Source of the DNA: Alphaproteobacteria bacterium
Lineage (GTDB): Bacteria > Pseudomonadota > Alphaproteobacteria > RF32 > CAG-239
Length of the DNA stretch: 64,000 nucleotides
Assembly: GCA_045578445.1 (NCBI GenBank)
Contig: JAZNKG010000011.1
Span: 46,633-110,632, forward strand
Direction of reading: 5' to 3'
Under the pieces are notes generated by a model, which saw only the letters and a program-made list of their open reading frames with translations, was not told where the DNA came from and made no database searches. Below, piece after piece: positions 62,823 to 64,000 of the stretch (within the stretch, counting starts at the first letter, position 1; each line of letters starts with the position of its first letter). The position numbers were made by a program, and so were the translations under genes.

Positions 62823-64000
62823 CTAGTCTACTAAAATTAACAATCCGTGTTTTTTCTTACCTTGTGATAATTTTATATTGCCGTTTTCTATATCATTTTC
62901 GGTTATGACATAATTCTCGTTTGTTATAACCTTATCATTAAGCTTCAAACCTGATTGTTTAATTAATCTTCTTGCTTCACCTTTGCTGGAAACAAAACCC
63001 AAGGCTGTAAATGCATCTAATACGTTTACCCCTTGTTTTGAGCCTTTTATTGTTGGTAAATCACCACCAATAGCTCCTTTTTCAAAGGTTTTTATAGCTG
63101 TATCTTGTGCAGCTATAGCTTCATCTTCTCCGCGACAAATCTTTGTAGCCTCAAAAGCCAAAATCTTTTTAGCTTCATTTATTTCTTTGTCTTGTAGTTT
63201 TTCTAAGCGTTTTATTTCATCTATTGGTAAATCTGTAAATATACGCAAACATTTACCAACATCTGCATCTCCAATATTACGAAAATATTGATAGTAATCA
63301 TATGCTGGTAACTTATCTTCGTTTATCCATACAGCATTTCCTTCTGATTTTCCCATTTTTTTACCTGACGAATCGGTTAGAATTGGACTTGTAAAGCCAA
63401 ATAGCTCTGTATCATATCTTCTACGTCCAAGCTCTGTTCCAGAAACAATATTACCCCATTGGTCAGAACCGGCAATTTGAGCTCTACAACCATATTTTTG
63501 CATTAAAACACAAAAATCATATCCTTGTAGTAACATATAGTTAAACTCTAAGAAGGACATTGGTTGTTCTCTTTCTAAGCGAGTTTTAACACTATCCATG
63601 GTTAACATACGATTCACAGAATAACATGTTCCTATATCTCTTAAAAACTCAAGATAATTTATATTTTTAAACCAATCATAATTATCCACCATTATGGCAT
63701 CATTTTTACCATCACCAAATTTTAAGAATTTCATAAAAGATCTTTTTAAGCCTTGTATGTTTTTAGATAACGTTTCTTCATCTAAAAATGGACGAAGCTT
63801 ATCTTTGCCAGAAGGATCTCCTATGCGAGCTGTAGCTCCACCAACCAAAGTTAGTGGTTTATGTCCACATTTTTGAAACCAACGCATCATCATTAAAGGC
63901 ACAATGTGACCTATATGCAAACTATCTCCTGTTGGGTCTGAACCTAAATATCCAACAGCTGGAATACCTTTTTTTTCACAATCTTCTAAGTATTCATCAA
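62823..64000 (-). CDS. tyrS: Tyrosine--tRNA ligase (N-terminus beyond window)
   Basis: The HIGH motif (DSLHIGHIVPL), KMSKS (KMGKSEGN) and a C-terminal S4-like domain are present. The frame stays open to the window edge (…EDCEKKGIPAVGYLGSDPTGDSLHIGH). Confidence 0.85.
   Translation of the reverse strand, partial: DEYLEDCEKKGIPAVGYLGSDPTGDSLHIGHIVPLMMMRWFQKCGHKPLTLVGGATARIGDPSGKDKLRPFLDEETLSKNIQGLKRSFMKFLKFGDGKNDAIMVDNYDWFKNINYLEFLRDIGTCYSVNRMLTMDSVKTRLEREQPMSFLEFNYMLLQGYDFCVLMQKYGCRAQIAGSDQWGNIVSGTELGRRRYDTELFGFTSPILTDSSGKKMGKSEGNAVWINEDKLPAYDYYQYFRNIGDADVGKCLRIFTDLPIDEIKRLEKLQDKEINEAKKILAFEATKICRGEDEAIAAQDTAIKTFEKGAIGGDLPTIKGSKQGVNVLDAFTALGFVSSKGEARRLIKQSGLKLNDKVITNENYVITENDIENGNIKLSQGKKKHGLLILVD

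Overview
This 64-kb window is a chromosomal segment of a very AT-rich Gram-negative bacterium (roughly 28-30% GC by eye). Gene content and order point to a host-associated alphaproteobacterium: an lpxC-bamD-recN block, ligA, a short HprK-C-type kinase, rpoH, a two-TM VirD4, tolQRA and mlaEF. About 60 protein genes are tightly packed on both strands, with one tRNA-Ser(GCU) and an RNase P RNA (rnpB, minus strand, directly upstream of lpxC). No rRNA, CRISPR array, IS element, integrase or prophage was seen. Most genes are housekeeping: glgP, fbaA, infC, ligA, rluD, rpoH, tgt, recN, bamD, lpxC, glmM, a family-4 UDG, tolQRA, gpmI, envC-like/ctpA, rppH, batABD, tsaE, mlaEF, radA, cvpA and tyrS. Five regions look accessory or unexplained. 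(1) A six-gene minus-strand cluster at 16871-24306 is built around a solitary VirD4/TraG coupling ATPase, with no VirB genes, and includes a membrane-anchored protein with a low-complexity linker and two acidic repeat-bearing hypothetical proteins. (2) At 7095-12842 a 475-aa signal-peptide-less protein with a subtilase-like motif layout that lacks the catalytic His sits upstream of two tandemly duplicated fused ABC exporters whose 3' thirds are near-identical. (3) A minus-strand leader with a mutually exclusive terminator/antiterminator arrangement and a short PP/CC-containing leader ORF lies upstream of a GNAT gene at 14580-14768. (4) A Walker-A-degenerate ParA/MinD-like protein is paired with a membrane J-domain/SH3b protein. 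(5) Two tandem paralogous secreted proteins sit upstream of a tolQRA cluster that lacks tolB-pal. All calls rest on reading the supplied ORF translations and the nucleotide sequence; no database searches were run.
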